Of a stretch of DNA of 64,000 bases, positions 20,475 through 33,000 are shown in pieces (within the stretch, counting starts at the first letter, position 1; every line of letters starts with the position of its first letter). The position numbers and the translations under genes were made by a program. This DNA is from Dudresnaya verticillata (Eukaryota). Location of the stretch: positions 1,426,001 to 1,490,000 of the forward strand of contig OZ374565.1 in assembly GCA_977862235.1 (NCBI GenBank), written 5' to 3'. The notes below the pieces were generated by a model. That model worked only from the letters and a program-made list of their open reading frames with translations. It made no database searches and was not told where the DNA came from.

Positions 20475-22149
20475 GACTGAATACTGGCGTTTCGAAGAGT
20501 AGGTGTGGGTGATTGTCAATGCTCTAGCAGATTGATATCGGGAGAGGGAAGCAGAGTTTATATAGTACCCAAGGCGAAGAAGAAGCGAGAAAATAGACTG
20601 TGTAGAGCAGAATAGACTCACCTGAAGGGGGTTTGAGGCGGGGAAGGCACCACATACAGAATCAGAAAGGCATCCTCCTGATGAACGATAGGGGAAAGGT
20701 AGTAGGAATGACCTTTTCGGGTGTGGGAGGAGATGCTGAGACCCATTCCATTACGTGTTGGAGACAGTTAGAACTCACCAGTGAAGTTTGATTTATTGGT
20801 ATTTTGTTTAGAGTGGTCCTGCGCGGGCGGCTATGGCCCATTTGCAGGCACACTTTCGGGCTGTGGTCTATTCAGGCGATGTGGAGTGCTCCTGCGGGAG
20901 GGGGAGAGGGAATTCTTCTCGGCAGGCCGCTCGGATCAGGTGGATGGCTTCCGTTATTTCTTGGAGATCTTGAGGGGTGGGGTCGCGTAGTGCGAGCTTG
21001 TGTAGAGTGGCAGCGGGTTGGCGGAAGGGGGTGAGAAAATGAAGAAACTTGTCAGGTGCTCACCAGTGCTTTCGTAATGAGCTTTCAGTATTCAAGGGTA
21101 ACGAAAGTTGCAAAACAGTCGTTAGTGAAGTGAGAGACAGGGAAATGTTCTCATGTGATTGCAGGGCATTTTGAAAAAGTGCGAGGGACACCACACTGTG
21201 TCCTTCCGAAAATCTCAAGGAAGACCATGGGCGAACGCAGAAAATCACGGCGGAGAGAAGGATTACGCACTTGCGTTTTTTATCATTTTCTCAGCCAGCG
21301 ATTGTTTGCGCTGGTGCCACTGTGTTTCGCCGTGAATATTTCTACGCCAGCACCTCTCTCACTGTGCTTTGCCCTTCCATCCCAGATCAACTTGTTGCAC
21401 TGCGGTTAGGCAGCGCCAACTAGCCTTCGTAACAATTTAAGAGTCTTCTTCCATGGCAGCAGCGCATTGCAGTTGGCAGGTGACGGCTGTGGCAAAGGGG
21501 CTTGTTAAAGGCCAGGGCAAGGGTGGGCAGTTAGTGGTGGCCGCCTGCCGGTAGGCTTGATCAGGTGCTATCTTGATGGTGGCGGATGTCGCCTGTCAAG
21601 AAGTAATAGTGTCGACATGTCAATTCTCGTGTGTCAGTGCAAGTGTAGACGAAGAGAGTAATCAACTCTCTTTTATTAGTGCAATTGTAGGCATGGAGAG
21701 TATTCTGTCGTGTTTTAGTTTGTGCTATGTAGAAAGTACGGTTGTGAAAAGGAATACAAATAGAGGGAAAAGGTGCAACAGAAGTAAAGAGGTATCCGTG
21801 CTTTGAGAAGGAACCGGGTCCGCGCGTGTCTACCGCGAGAAATCAACTAAAGAGACCAGAGCTCTTTACCGGTACGTAACAGGCTACTGGACTGGTGCGG
21901 GAGTTGAGCAAATGCGTTTACCAGCTGTATGCCTGGTCGGGAGGACGCTGTCCTTGATGGACCATGATCTTGGTGCGTGTTCATGGTGTGTTGTCCGAGA
22001 GAGGAATGTTCGGAAGCCTTTGATACCTTGTTCACGGCAGTGATGGCTGGTGCAATATCATTCTATTGACACCGTGCCCATGCCCATAATAGTTCAAGGA
22101 AACAGCAAATGAGAATAGGATGGGATGGAGACCTTTATGCATAGGAAAG

Positions 22150-24660
22150 ACTACAGCCCCGTAAGGGGGCCTTCCTAAAAACTCATCTGAAAGGCGGTGG
22201 TCGAAGAGTAAACTGCGGTTAACCGCCACCACGACAGATGGAAATACAAGAGAGGTGAGATGGGTGAGAAGATATAGTTTCTCAGATATCGGCGAAGTAC
22301 CCTTCATAGTAGCTATGAAATTCGCGACGCGCTGAGCGCCTCGATCGAACTCAGAACCAATGGCACCATAGATATCCATTACCATAGGATGGAGGTCTAT
22401 CCGGTTGGTAGAACATAAGCGACGATAGTGACGGGCTTTCGCTTGCGCGCGGTGGTGAATAGCTTGATGTTGAGAGCAGGGCGTGTTGGACAGTGTAATT
22501 GGATGCTGTGGGGTCACCACTGAGACATCAAACGCTTGCGGGAGGGCGGGAAACGCAGGGTCGTCAAAATAGAGATCCATACGAAGATGATCAAGTCGGT
22601 CTTCTTCAAAACGGTCTTCAGCAAGTTGTAATTGACGGGCATGACGACGCCTTTCTGAAGCAGTGCGTGCAGAAGACGCCACAACTCCGGAATCCCCAGT
22701 CTCCTCTAGGTAAGAAGAGTTACAGCTGAACAGTAACGCCATGGTTCCGAGCAGTACTACGAAAGAAAGCCCCAAGTTGATTTCAGAGGGTATCATGGCG
22801 GAGAATGCTGCCAGTTCCAGATCGACAGATTGTCGCATGGTGTCCAAAGATACCAAGGGTCGGAAATTAAGCGGATGTGCCATGGATACAAGCAGGACAT
22901 GGGCGATCACCACGGAATGTCGCTATACCCAGTCTGAGTTTGAGCATGGTGAGCCATATCTCGGGTTACAAGCGGGTAGAAGAAGATGCGTATGGGAGGA
23001 CACTGAAAGGGCTGCTAGAGTTGACAGTAGAGGTAGCATGAAGCCGTACTCGGGCACGAGAGCTACTCTGAGCACTCATCTGGGACATGAAGTCGTGGCG
23101 CAATTTTAGTTGAATGCAGGGAAGAAGATCTTGGGACAATGCAGGAGCTACAGCATCCCCTAAGGAAGATGCATTCGATAAGATAGAAGAAACTCCGAAT
23201 TCGTTAAGATCTTCATGGAGTAGTTGCTGCTCATGAATGTGACAAAGAGACGGGGCGACGAAATGGTATAAAGTAGGAGAATCAAAAGGTACCAGGCATC
23301 GGATCCAGACTAGAGAGGACAGGAAGGAGGTGATATAGCTGCAGTGAGCAATGTGACGGGTACGTGTAAGACCTAGTCCGCCATGTCGCATGGAAAGCGA
23401 AACCAGATCCCAGGATTCACCCGACAGTTGAAAGTGTGAGTGGTCTATCTAACTTTTATCCTTGAGGGATATTTGTTTACAGTTATTGCATTACATGCAT
23501 GCAATATCAGATCAATACAATATTGCTAAAATACAAGACTTCCACTTATACAGTAGTAACGTCTATATTCTTGCTGACTTTCTGAACTACTAGAATACTA
23601 TCTCAACCTTAGAAGTAGCAAGTCTATAAGAACCCTCAATAGTTCGTTCACTCTTGCTTTGAAGTTGGCGCCCAAAGTATTGCTAATTTCATTGCCAGCA
23701 AGCGCGGGACCTCTCCGTCTACGGAGAAACTTCGCCTCACTACTGGTTTACTCTCTTTAGTTCTCCAATGCGTCGCGGTGAGTGTCAACCGCCGCAAGCT
23801 TTCTCCTCCGCCTCTTTATGGTAGCTCTGAATCCTAAGCCCCCTTAAGGGGCTTCTCTCTTTTTCTTTAATAAAGGTCTCCTCTCTCTTGATCTAAGGCA
23901 TCAGAACGAGAAGAACTATTATAACACATTCAATTACACTTTCTTATTTGATCTACCTATTATATCTTGCCATTTCTTATCTTTCTTCCTCATACAGTGT
24001 TTCCCTCCTTCTTATTAATGTTCAAATACTCCACGCATGCCACAATCATGTGATAATGAAATAGATTGGGTTTGCTGCGGAGGAGTGCATCGCAGTAGGT
24101 ATGAAAGCTTGGAAGTGCCAGCACAGTAGCGTAATAAATGAAAAGCTAGTTGAGGATCATTAAGCTGCTTCAGTTAGGTCCAGAAATGTTGGATGGGCTC
24201 ATGATTAGTTCGTAGATATTGTAAACAGCCCTCAGTACTGCCAATAGGGGCGGCCAGAACTGTGATAAAAAGAATGATTGTGGATAGGAAAACCCAGGGA
24301 GTTGGAATGAGAAACACGACGGGCGATAAAGAAGGCCACCAAGCTTCTGTTTTCCCCACTGCTATGAGCAGGTTGAAACCAATTTTGGGGCCTTGGGTCT
24401 TTAAGAACTGGGTAACATCGAAAGCAATAGAACGGGTAACAGCGACTTGAATTTCATCTGCATATGCAGAAAGAAGTTTGATAGAGGCGAACGTAGAGAG
24501 CCGATTGATGAGCAGGGGTGAATAGCGGGAGCAAAAAGTAGCATGCTCAATCGATCACCCTGCTGTGTACCTGTCCGACCGGGCAACTGAAACGGACCAA
24601 ATAGAATAACGGGGTCAGTCGAGAATAGGAAATGCACAAACTTTGCAATGCCAGGGGCCC
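22150..24660 (-). mobile_element. Decayed CRE/R2-type non-LTR retrotransposon (RT + RLE), with internal deletion/insertion at about 23430-24170
   Basis: GTQQGDRLSMLLFA (24401-24637), RHGGLGL (22966-23391), RMD..AFDVSVV..KARHY..LHPMVMDIYGAIG (22032-22913). Confidence 0.8.
23650..23860 (+). mobile_element. Short 3' fragment of the same CRE-like family, nested antisense in the previous element
   Basis: Translates FEVGAQSIANFIASKRGTSPSTEKLRL...VAVSVNRRKL..*, followed by hairpin AAGCCCCCTTAAGGGGCTT. Confidence 0.75.
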
Positions 24661-25329
24661 TTTCGATGACTTCACTGATAATGAGAGAACACCCAACACA
24701 GTTAAAAGCGTTGGTGATATCAATCTTAAGAAGGACATAGTCTTGCTCAATGCGAATAGTAGGAGCCCATGAAAAGCTTGGTTTCCAAGGCTGACATCAC
24801 GTTCGTTAGCCAAGAAATCGGTAAGGGTACTGTATCGCCATTTTGCCCCATAAACACATGCAAAATGTACTGTAAACACCAGGACGGCAATGTTTATCCA
24901 ACAAGATCTTCGTCCTCCTGACAAACCCCATCAGGGCCTTAGGAAAAAGCTGTGCTTCTTCATCACAATCTATCGGCATTGATATGGTCCTATTTGCAAA
25001 GTGAAGGTGAACTTTTTCATAGGCCGTTGCAGCAGGACAATGCAGTAATTCAATTTCTAAAAGACGTCATCGATACCCGCTTCACGTTATAGCTGGACAG
25101 TAGAATAGTGTGAGAGTTTCAATAGAAGCCGTTTTCTGGAGTTCGACAAGGAGAGAGTGTGTCGTGGGGTGCCTTAAAGAGGGGAAGCATTGCATTTCAA
25201 ACAGCTACAATTACCTGGTGGAAGACGAGATAGGGGCGAGGGGTGTGGTACATATTGTAGCGCCATGCGCCATAAGCGCATCCTTCCGCTCTGCGAGCGA
25301 AGGAGAGAGCGTACTAGAACCTATCTGGT

Positions 25330-28300
25330 CTAGTCGTCTGTAAGCCGTTGGAGTAGCCCAGCACAGGGTGAAAGGTCGCAGGTTCGAGTCTCCGAGCGGG
25401 AGGCTCGAGCTGTTTTTCCTGACGCGACGCTGCGACTCCGAAACTCGCTACAATATGTTCTCGTGTATGCGTTGCGAAAAGGTCTCCCAACTGCTTTTGT
25501 GTCGATTGGCACACACTCTTCTATGAACTCTTCCATTCCTTCACATGTGCTCGTACCGGTTCCGAAATGGAAGAACGATTCTCTCGCATATTTGCTGTTG
25601 GCAAGCTGGTGCTGAGGTTCAATGGCCGCAAGAAACCCCGTAATCGTCACAAATCTGTCCTCACCCGTATGTTGCGTGAACGAATAAAACTAGCAATACG
25701 AAGCAAATGGCACCAGCTTTGGGAGCAAGCCGTCACTGCTTTTTCATCCTTGCAGACAGCTCTGAGCAAAGACGCCAACGCATTCTGCTCTTCTCTTTCC
25801 CCTGTTCCGGCCACAGCGGAGAGCCTCCAACTCCGAGGCTTCCATCCTGCACCCTTCACAGCTAGGGTGCGAAGCACTCCTTCGTCGCTATCAACCGCAT
25901 ATTTTCTCTGCGAAGGCGATGTTCGTCGTGCTCTGAAGAACTTCCTCTTCACAGTGATGGAAAACCCTTATTGGTTGTTTTAGGTAGTCCCGCTCGGGCA
26001 ACTAAAAGGCCCAAGGGCAGGCACACCAGGGTCGGCTGCAGTGACAGAGGGCTGTCACTGTAGTGTACCCCGGGAAGGGGAAAATGACAGCGGTGTGCCT
26101 ATGATTGGGAGGATGACGGCGTGTCCAGAGAGGGAAACTTTGCAGAGCACAGGGTGCGGATGGCGGTAATCGTACTGGAAATAGTTACATGGTGTATAGA
26201 TAGTCGGGGTGGCGTCTGGTTTGGAGAGCAGATGGAGGGTTTGGTTGTGGGTTAGAAGGGTTACATATTTGGTAGGGCAGGAAGGGGGGAAGGGGAAGGT
26301 ACCCAATTCAGTGCTCCAGGTCCCGACGTTCTACGCCCAAGCCATCTAAAGGAACTGCCGTACGCACAAGGAGGTTGTGAACTCCACTTGGCTCTTGTTG
26401 CCCGTACTTCCTTTTTAATAGATGTTCTCTCGTGGAGGCCTACCTAGTAGTTACAGTGCCTGGTTCGAAAGCGCATTGCTCCTCGGACTACGCCAGGACT
26501 CTAAACGACCTCATACGCTCCGTCTAATCATACCGTCCTATCGCCATAGGATGTCTTATCCAACGCTTTGGGCAGCTCTTAATGCAGCGTGTTGTAAACA
26601 GTGTCGCGTCTGAGGATAGTCTTCTACAGTACCTAAACCCACACGCGCTTGCTGTTGGAACCCCGAATGGCGTGGAAGCAATCATTTACACAATAAGAGA
26701 ATTTGTTACGCTTCACGCCGATGAAGATTACGTTCTTCTGAAGATTGACATCAAGAACGCATTTAACTGTGTAGATCGTTACGCAATACTTACCGCGGTT
26801 CGAGGGAGAGCACCTGGTACAGCACGCTTTGTATACTACTTGTTTTCTTCCAAACACATCCTTCTTTTCGGTGCATTTCGCCTACTAAGCCGCACAAAGA
26901 CCTCAGCATGCTTCTGTTCGCTTTAGCCATTCATCATCTCCTCCAGAATTTGCCCCACGACTTCCCTTCTATCAAAATCCTCACCGCCTATGCTGATGAT
27001 ATTCACATTGTTGTTCCTTCACTGCATGCTCGTGAAGTCATTCATTAGTTGAAGCGAGAAGGTTCAGTCATAATAAGACTTCAACCTTCACATTGAGGAT
27101 GGCAAGACCGAGAAACCTGATGGTGGTCTTCTCGCCGACTCTCAACCCGCAACCTAAACATTTGATTTCCTTTAAACACTCAACCCTTCAGTGTCGTCCT
27201 TGGAGCACCTATCGGAACGGCTACGGGTTGTGAACAATACCTGCAATACAGACAGGGGCACATTTCCTGCTTCTGGACACATTTAGAAGAGCTTCGTGTT
27301 CCTCAGCTAGCATTTTATCTCTTGTGATACTGCGCTGGAGCTTCGAAGCTCTCTTACCTACTTCGGTGCGCCCACCCGCAAATTACCAAAGCCTGCGCTG
27401 TCATTAATGACTCTGGCATGCGTAGCGTGTTCGAAACCACTCTCTGCACATTAACAGATGATGCTTGGGCAGTTGCGACTCCTCCACCGTGACTAGTGGA
27501 CTAGGATTGGTTTCTGTTAATCATCTCCGTCATGTCAGTTATGTCAGCTCCATCCTTGCATCCTTACCCCGCATCCGTGTCCCAATCTCTTGCAGAACCT
27601 GCATTGCGTCGCACCAAAGAGCCTGCCCTACTCCATATTTAGAACTATCAAGTTTCGCCTGCCGACTCTCGTTCTTTTTCGTTTGAAACACCTATGTCAA
27701 GAATCCGTGGAGAGCATTTTCAGCTTCTTCCGCGTCTGCAAGATGAATTAAGGTCCTATATGATATCCCGGCTCCTATCCAATACGATTTCCAATGCCGA
27801 GAGCGAAAAAGGGGTTCTTACAAAAATTTGTCTTCAAGCAAAGAGCACTGGCAACTCTACTCGCCCCTTCGGGACCATCCGGTATTCGAATTCTGGTACT
27901 CGTGTCGAGCAGGAAGTTTGGGTCACAATGATCCAACTTCGCGTCGGACTTCCATCTTTAACACTGGAACTCACTGCATGTACTGTTATTCTGAAACATC
28001 TTCTTCCCAGCGTCCTGAATTGGATATATTGGGTCACCATGCTACCGCCTGTCTCGCTAATGCTGGTTCAATACGATGCCATGACAGGCTTCGTGACCAA
28101 GCAGCCACCTTCTTTCGCAATATCGCCCGCAATCATGGTGTTCGAGTCGAGCTCGAACGCCATTTCTCCCATGAGGAAGAACATGATGATCCATCTCTTG
28201 CATCGTATCCTGCTCTTTCGGCTTCAGAGAGGCGCCGGGATAAACGACACCTCTGGCGCGCCAACTGCTCACCTGAGCTTCGTCGAGATCAGCTTCGCAT

Positions 28301-28780
28301 GTACATTTTCGTAGATGACAGTAGCGTTGCCCCACTCCTCAAGCATTTGACGTCTCGGTCGTCACCCCTCCTTCATACTCATCCCGTTCTTCGTCTCGTG
28401 CTCATCATGCGATTCAATCTCGAGAGATGAACAAGGTCCGCCATTATTGCGGCTGTATGAAGCCAATCATTTCGAACTACATCCGATGGTTATGGACATA
28501 TATTGCGCCATTGGCCACGGGTTCGATCGCGGTGCACAACGTATTGTGAATTTCCTGACTGAGAATATGGTTACTTCTCCGTGTAGTGAGAAGGTTTCCC
28601 TTCTCAAACGTCTTACCTCGTTGGTGTTACAGTGCTTCGCGTTCTCAGTTAACAGGCGTAAGCTTGTTGACTGCCGAGTTAGAAACAGTGCATATTAGGT
28701 CCCGTTAAAGGGCTTAACTCCCCGTATGGGGCTTACTCTCAAATTTGAGAATAAAGGGATGCTTGCATGTTTGCTTGCTT
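25330..28780 (+). mobile_element. Near full-length decayed CRE/R2-type non-LTR retrotransposon
   Basis: KLVL..RERIK..W..LW, SAPGPD, LAVGTPNGVEAI, KIDIKNAFNCVDR, AYADD, GLGL, C..C..DILGHHATAC..RCHDRLRD, ELHPMVMDIY; GCTT-type tail at 28756-28780; 5' boundary approximate. Confidence 0.85.
25953..26308 (-). repeat. Dispersed repeat inserted in the LINE ORF
   Basis: Interrupts ALKNF../SAPGPD; homologous to 9455-9808; CAGTG on both sides. Confidence 0.7.
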
Positions 28781-29522
28781 CCCCTCTCTCTGGTCTACTT
28801 TCTGCATATAATCGTGCATATTAGCCCCGTAAGGGTCGTAGAACACGATTATGTCATAAAGACGGACCATTCCAGGAAAGGGATTTGAAAGGAGGCACAG
28901 ATAGTGAAGCCAAAGCAACCAACTCCATGGGCTGGCAATTTCTTCAACCGCTACATCGCTTCCTCCTAGATCTTGGGAGATCATCATCACAACTTTATTG
29001 AAGCAAGACGAACCACGGGAAACTCTAACAGCTGACCCGGTGATGACTACTGAAAGGCCTTCTCAGACAGGACATCGATATGCGACATTCAAGATTTACG
29101 GCGAGCGCAGTAAGCTGGAGATTCTGGAAAACAAGGAGTGGCACTAAAGAATGGTATTCTAAGGAATAACTTTTTCTAAGAAGAGCAATTCAGGAGTTGA
29201 GGCCCCGCAACGCTCGGCTATGAGTCGTTAACCATTTCCGCCATCTTGCCGGTAATAGAAAGACTCCATCCAGACAGAAGAGGGACAGAAAGACTCGCTC
29301 TAGATTAACAAGGCTGCGATTGTACGCCAGGTCTACGCGAATGTGCCCACTTCGAGAAATCCTAATCAGTTAGAAACGCTGAAAGCACCCATAACACTCT
29401 CTTGCAACATGCACAAACTTTACTACCCGTGTCTGCAGTGATAATTTGCAGCACGATCAATATGGCTCCGTAACAAGAGAAGCAACCCTTATACCCACAC
29501 ACTATCGAAGATCATCAAATTA

Positions 29523-30020
29523 TCAGCAGCACTTGGCCTTGTGGTACCCACAGCGAATCTTCGTGCAGTACAGATACTTCCGGCATTGATAACCAGCCTC
29601 ATAATGAGTTGTGCACTCGCACGGACAAGGCTTCCTCGATGGCGTCGTACTCGCGCTTGGTGTCGTTGATGGCGTCGGACTCGCGCTTGGTGTCGTTGAT
29701 GGCGTCGGAGACGATGACATTGAAGGCGGCGGTTCCATCGTCGGCAAAGGATCGCAGCACTTCTTGCCACTCCTGCAGCGGTACCCGTACTTTTTGCACT
29801 TCTCGCATTCCATAACCTGACATCGCCCGAAGAACTTACGCCTCTTGCACTGCCATATCGCCCTCTCTATTTTCCTTCCTACGAAGCACTTGCATGGGCA
29901 AGGCTTCAGCGGCCTAGGCTTGTGCCTGTAACTACGAACCTCAGCCTCATTTAAGGTGGCTTCATTTGCAACTGTGAAGACCACAAAGTGGAGAAAGAGT
30001 AGAAGAACTGCAACCTTCAT
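29523..30020 (-). CDS. Secreted cationic Cys-rich two-domain protein with Pro/Ser/Thr linker (paralogue 3)
   Basis: Signal peptide MKVAVLLLFLHFVVFTVA, CPCKC...CCD and CPCEC...CC domains, 30-bp repeats encoding PSTTPSASPT, TATATAA at 30160-30166. Confidence 0.85.
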   Translation of the reverse strand: MKVAVLLLFLHFVVFTVANEATLNEAEVRSYRHKPRPLKPCPCKCFVGRKIERAIWQCKRRKFFGRCQVMECEKCKKYGYRCRSGKKCCDPLPTMEPPPSMSSSPTPSTTPSASPTPSTTPSASTTPSRKPCPCECTTHYEAGYQCRKYLYCTKIRCGYHKAKCC

Positions 30021-33000
30021 GACGGGGGATGCCTTCAGACTAGGATTCGGAGAAAAGATGTACAACAGAGGTCGAATGTGTGGACACTTTCTGTTGCTCT
30101 TCTTTGTGTAGGAGTATGGAAGAGATCCAACGCAGATGAGTTTCGAGGTTACTAGCTGCTTATATAGGCCCGAGGACGCAGCTTTTCCTTCTCCATCGCT
30201 CTCGAACCTGCATTTTTCGAATCCATCGACTCACTCAAGCCGCTCGGTGGGCCTACAGAGAACAATTTGGAATTCTCTAGGCAAGCATTCTACGAGGCAT
30301 ATTGCATGCTTCGTACTTTCAAGTCCAATCCTGCAAGGATGACTGAACAACTGATTGTACTGTGCTTCTAGCATCGACATAGCAAATAATAGGTCTGGTG
30401 TACATCTGGAGCGTCGGTAGGTCACACCCTAGAGCGTTCATCAAAGTACTTTGCTAACGTGATGTCAAACAACGTCCCATAGTGGGCGAGGGCGAGATGG
30501 GTATCAGAGCGCACATTGACGATTCCTATAACAAATAATCTCTATATAGAAGTACGTCGGCTGGCAAGTCCGTTCGCGGCAAACTTTGCAGGATAACCGT
30601 GACACGGAGGACCAAGGCTATGAATGCCTCCGTGGCCTCGAAATATCTTCTTCGGTTCAGAACAAGAATTTTTAGTGAGCTTACCTACTCCAAATCTCGA
30701 GGCTCTAAGATAAACTAAGAGGTAGGAAGCTTTTTAAGGTTGTCTCAGAGATTAACGAATGATCCGTCACATAGAACAAATACACAGGAAGCCAAACTGC
30801 TGTCTCCTGGACTGCTCCTAGGGATTTGAAACCTCCCTGTGACACTCCCCAGGATGTGCAACTGTAACTGACGAGGCATGAAATAGGGCATGCACTGACG
30901 AAGAGCTTGTTTAAGCTTAATAAAAGTATGATTCGGGCCGAGAGCGTCGTGCGAAATCTGTAATAGCGTTGGGCGTCCATTTAAGTGTGGGCATGAGTCT
31001 ATCACAACCACGATTACAAGAAATGATAGAGGTAATATCTCGACCGTAACGGGTTTGCCCTAGAAGCGTGTGCAGTTCAGACTCACTAGCAAAAATTATG
31101 GCGAGGCAGCATTAGCACGTTGCGCTATAGAGACCATCACTTTTCCAATAGCGGCAAAAGTCAGTGGCCTTTTAGACTGGAGAGTGGCGTTTAGTCGCCG
31201 CTCTGACGCAGCACTGCACACATCACCATGCTTCTGAATGCCCACTTAGCTTTATTCATTGCTTCTAACGCATTAGGATAGTCATGATGATCTTTTTGAG
31301 ACCCGTTAGTAAAGGCGCAAATCTAAGTGACTGAGCTACAACGCCGAAACAGCGATAACATACCAGGCACGCCATACGCCATGATCAGCAATAGAAATAA
31401 GATAATTTTACGATGTTCATGGCATGTGTTAACTTGTATCTTGTCGAGAAGCAAATGCGGAGCCTTTGCCAGAGCTCTCCCGACGGAATATAGATTTGGA
31501 ATCTCGCGTTCTGCACTCAATACGAGGATTTTCAGGCAACGAGGCCCTGTCATTGGACTCTACTTTGCAGGGCGGTAAGGGATGGCAGGCACAGATTGAG
31601 GATGTTGTCGGCAGCCACGAGGATAGAACCGGAAGCCAATGTTGGATTTCGGTTGGCGACTGCGGCGGAGGATCTATCTGTAAGCAACGCAGATTTTGAG
31701 TGATTTGGAAGTGTCCCACAGCCGCAGAGAGGGGCTGTGGTTCTGTGGGACACTTCCTGTCGAAGCACAAGCCATTGTTCGGCCGACTGGTGGCAACTCC
31801 TCCTGGGATGCTTCGAGCACACCAGAGCCTAAGCCAGGTGTAACGCCCGGAGTCTTTCGGACGAAACGCGAGGTTCAGGTCAATCTGTCGAGAGTTTGTC
31901 ACCGCCGTCTCGCACCTCTGAGACCTTTACGGATATTGTATCGAAACCAGTCAGTCAGAAACAAGTCAGTATTGGATATTGGATCTTCTCTTCCAGAACC
32001 CACTCGCACTAACGCCGCGACGACCTTGGTCAGCCCTCTCGCGCAAGCTATAGAGACCTTGAGGTTCTTGTTACAATATACAATATGCGCAGTCTGAGTG
32101 CATCTCCTAAGACGTGAGCCTCGCTCTTTGATGTCCCATGCTTTGGCCAGGTGCCACGTTCTCTTCACAAAAAAGCGGGCATGCAGGAAAAAATTTTAGG
32201 TAGTGCAATAGTACTTCAGTTTGTTTGTCGGTTGCGTGGGTCGAATCTACCATCCCTTTAGACACTGGCTCTAATCGCAGCCTTGAAGAGCATCCTGGAC
32301 ATAATCCTCCTGTTCTGGTACTTCTCCAATGAAATTGAGTCCCGAACATCATTCGCCGCAAGGCTGATTGCAGACTGCTGGGATACGTTGCTGTATCATA
32401 ATGGGATTGCTTCTAAGGATACAGCCGTTCATTTCTATGACAGACACAGCCTTCACAACCGTGGACTTGTTGTTTTGCTGCTGTTGGAATGCGCTTGTGA
32501 ATAGTGAGTCTCAATTTTATTGAATGCCTTGACAGCCTGTAGACCCGGAGACGTCCATGTACTCTTTTTGCGACACTTTCAGGCAACGCTCAGAAACATG
32601 CTCAGTAAATCTTTCTTGACATATTCTCGTTTCTGCGACGAAATATTGCCCAGCTGCATCATTTGAAGGAGCGATGTGGTAGCGAACTTTGTTGAGACTA
32701 TGATTTTACGTGCGTTCGCATTGACAACAATGGCTTATGAGCGAACACACTGCACAGATTTGTTACGGGCTGTGTTATGGGCTCTACGTACCAGAACTAT
32801 AGTTAATTTCTCCCAGTTTGCTGGTTAAGCATCGAACATTCCTTTAATTACTCTGCGAATTCAGCCTTGTGGTAATATAACCTCCGAATTGCGTCAACGT
32901 ACATGATCTGGACAGCTCTCTACTGAGCACCGTTTGACATTCAAATCTGATGCCGACTTCGCGGCGCGAGACAAATGTTGGCTATCGAAAGGAGGTCTTC

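Noticed and set aside
25345..25410. Intact tRNA gene
   Set aside because: T-stem and acceptor stem do not pair; kept only as a low-interest tRNA-like motif
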